Shown: positions 61,337 to 64,000 of the stretch, one piece after another
How positions within the stretch are numbered: the first letter of the stretch is position 1
How the letters are laid out: the number at the start of each line of letters is the position of its first letter
Assembly (NCBI GenBank): GCA_012026655.1
Contig: JAAILG010001510.1
Location: forward strand, 1-64,000
Length of the DNA: 64,000 bases
Reading direction: 5' to 3'
Origin: Hydrolagus affinis
Lineage: Eukaryota
Translations under genes and position numbers: made by a program
Notes under the pieces: generated by a model
Databases searched by the model: none
Seen by the model: only the letters and a program-made list of their open reading frames with translations
Told to the model about the DNA's origin: nothing

Positions 61337-64000
61337 CCACGCACAGTAGTACAACAGGTCGTAGGAATAGCATAAGAGATGACATCGGGTGCTGCAAAGG
61401 TAATGCTGATCATGTTTTGCATATGTACTTACTGACTATTGATCAAATCAACAACAACAACTACAACAACTTGCATTTATACCATGCCTTTTATGCTGGA
61501 TGGTGTCTCGGTAAAGTGGAGAAAAGAGAGGAATTGTTATTATCGGATGTGTTTCACGAGTGTTTTATTTTAGTAATTTATCTCCAAGCTCCCTCCATCC
61601 CACCCGTTATTAGTGTCATTAGCACGGAGGGATATTGCAGCCCATGGAGCACTGCTGCATGCACATCCTACAGAAATGCTATACTAGAAGGTAGAACTTC
61701 TCACAAGAAGGGAGGGGAAAGGCATTCAGTTCGAGTCTCCTTTTGAGAGTCTTCGGAACAAACAAAGTTGCTGGGAGGTAGCAACCCGGTAGATTTTATT
61801 GTTGAAAAGGCAAACGGCAGATGAAGTTGCTGACAATGTTGGTTGCATTGCTGAAGGGTATTGCAACACAATACTACATTGATCAATATACTTTCAATGA
61901 ATAACAAAATAGTAAAAACAAACACCACTTCAGAAGCCTGTGAAATTTGCCATAGCGAGATGTACTCTAAATTGTAATTTTCTGAATGTACTAGTTGATT
62001 TATTGTTTCGTGGCAAAACAGAATGGATTGTGTTTCAAATATATGAAGCTTACAAAACTAGGTGCATTAATACTTTAATAGATTTCTACCTCGAAGTCTA
62101 ATCTGTGTCTGCAATCGATCTTGTTAATTTTAGAATGCAGGTGAGGTGGAAGCTGGAAGAACTGAGAAGAAAAGGAAGGGGGTGGAGTTTAACTCAAGGC
62201 TTATGGATTGACCAGCTTCTTAATTTATTTCAAATAAATGGTCTTATAGCTTGTGAATATCATGGCAAACCATGCTCGGAATAGTAAGCGTCATAAAACT
62301 TAATAAGATTTATTAGAGGATTTGGGTGTTGTGACATGAGAAAATAAGTTGAGATTCCAGGAGTTTTTCTGCTGAACGCACTATCGTGGCAAATATGGCA
62401 TTTCTTTTTTTTTTGTTTTGTATTATAAATATAAAGCTGACCCTTTCACAGCAGTGCCTGCCTGTTAAGACTCTTATAATACAATAATTTATTATGTGCG
62501 TTTCTACTAGTATGTGCTGCCGTTGTTCCCCGCTGTACACAATGCTGCTTGGTATCGACCCCTTAAGTCACCGAATGTTTCTGTTCAGTAGCTGGAAAGG
62601 AGGGCACTAATGCATTATCATATACAGGGTGGTCCATGGCCCCTTGACAAAAAGGCTATTTACTGCAATTTAATGTTATTCTGAGAAAAAGTGAAAAATA
62701 AAGCCCGAGAATAAAAAATGGCATCTGTGATTTGCACAGTGCACTCAAGCAGGAACTCCAGTTTGAGACGTAGGACATTTCAGCCACAAAGAGAATAAAA
62801 CTGGGGCATTCTCTCTAACCTGCTCCAGACTGCAGCATTTTCTAAATGCTATTAAGTTATCGATTTACACAGCACATGATGATGTCATCTATAAGAAACA
62901 GAATGCAGATGACAGCGAAATACAGTGGTAACTGACCTTGTTTCAACATCCCTGGGACCCTGTCAGGTTCATTTCTGGTGTAGTGTTTCAGAGATGGACT
63001 TTTTAGAGTATATCTAGTTACTGTGTAGAGTATTAATACAGTATGGGGTTCAGATGCAATTCACATATAGGTCAATTATATGCACTAACATCTGCTCTGG
63101 TTTTATCCATTTGCATATAGTATTCATATGGTAATGACGCCAGTTTTATACATGGGTAACATACTTATGTAAATAACTTTGATGCAGATGACTTATGTAT
63201 CCATTTTGATAGTAATTGGGGTAGGGAAGGAGCGGGTATGAATTCCACCTAAATTTGTGGTCTGTGTACCACTCTTTCAAGTGCAATCGTTTTTTTTTCA
63301 GCTTGAGTAAAGACTGTTGTATCTGAGCGTGGCTCTGATTTGTACAAGAAGCCCCTTAGTGGGAAAGCTTCCATTCTAAAGCAGCTTAAAGCCTTATAAA
63401 TCAATAATGACACAGATGGACTGCTGATAATCTATTTAGAATGGCTGATAGCAAATATTGTTGCACAGATGATTAGAATGGGCACTGTTTTAGCAGTATG
63501 CTTTCTCTTTTTAGTCGAGTAAGGTTCAGTCGGACAGAGAAAAAAAAAGTACTTTCACTTTTGTCGGAATATCCCCGCATTGCTTTTGGGTGGCACTGGG
63601 CTGCGGCCTGATGAGGAGAACAAAGAGGGGTTAGAAGCTCCTGCTAATACAATCATATCACTCGCCGCTTCTAAAACACACACGCACATACACACACACA
63701 CATAAAAAAGCTTTTAATGCAACTGTGTCTTCAGGTGTGAGTAGAATAGAAGGTTGCTTCTTTTCTATTCTTTGCTCTGCTTTAACACGAGACGTGGGAA
63801 ATAAAAGTGAAGGTTGTCAGAAATGGCAGCTGCCTGGAATCCTGATAAATATAAGCTTTTATTGATCTGATGAAAATGAAAGATCCCAGTGCTATGCAGT
63901 ATTTAGCTTCTTGTCTTGAACACGTCATCAGCGGCCTTGCTTCAGGATAGATTTTCATTCTCACTTGCTGGATTTTATTTCATCTTTAACCTTTTCCGTT

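Noticed and set aside
61270-61746. 158-aa ORF
   Set aside because: Starts in the antisense SINE head and runs through a (CAA)n retroelement tail; spurious.
1-64000. CRISPR array, operon or other prokaryote-type system
   Set aside because: No regularly spaced repeats, no gene-dense coding DNA; the sequence is vertebrate intronic or intergenic.

Overview
Eukaryotic (vertebrate) non-coding DNA. The repeat complement (tRNA-derived SINE with (ATT)n tail, Deu-domain/SacSINE1-like SINEs, CR1 and L2 LINE 3' fragments, a Penelope-type foldback) points to a cartilaginous fish, plausibly a chimaera such as Callorhinchus; this is inferred from remembered repeat families, not from a search. The first ~5 kb is a CpG-rich, microsatellite-rich, transposon-free promoter-like region (CRE, X-box-like and CCAAT motifs). 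The remaining ~59 kb is AT-rich and reads like a very long first intron, holding many decayed retroelements and a few + strand exon candidates (7107-7217, 8436-8573, 24719-24750). No host gene could be named and none of the six-frame ORFs is a credible cellular protein. I see no evidence for a new multi-gene system. The best leads are a Penelope-like foldback with a decayed hammerhead core, a ~183-bp locally duplicated segment sitting inside a CR1 tail, a stack of three SINE tails, SINE/L2 tail sharing, and several cryptic exons including an overlapping acceptor/donor (AG|GT) site. Repeat boundaries are read by eye and are approximate.
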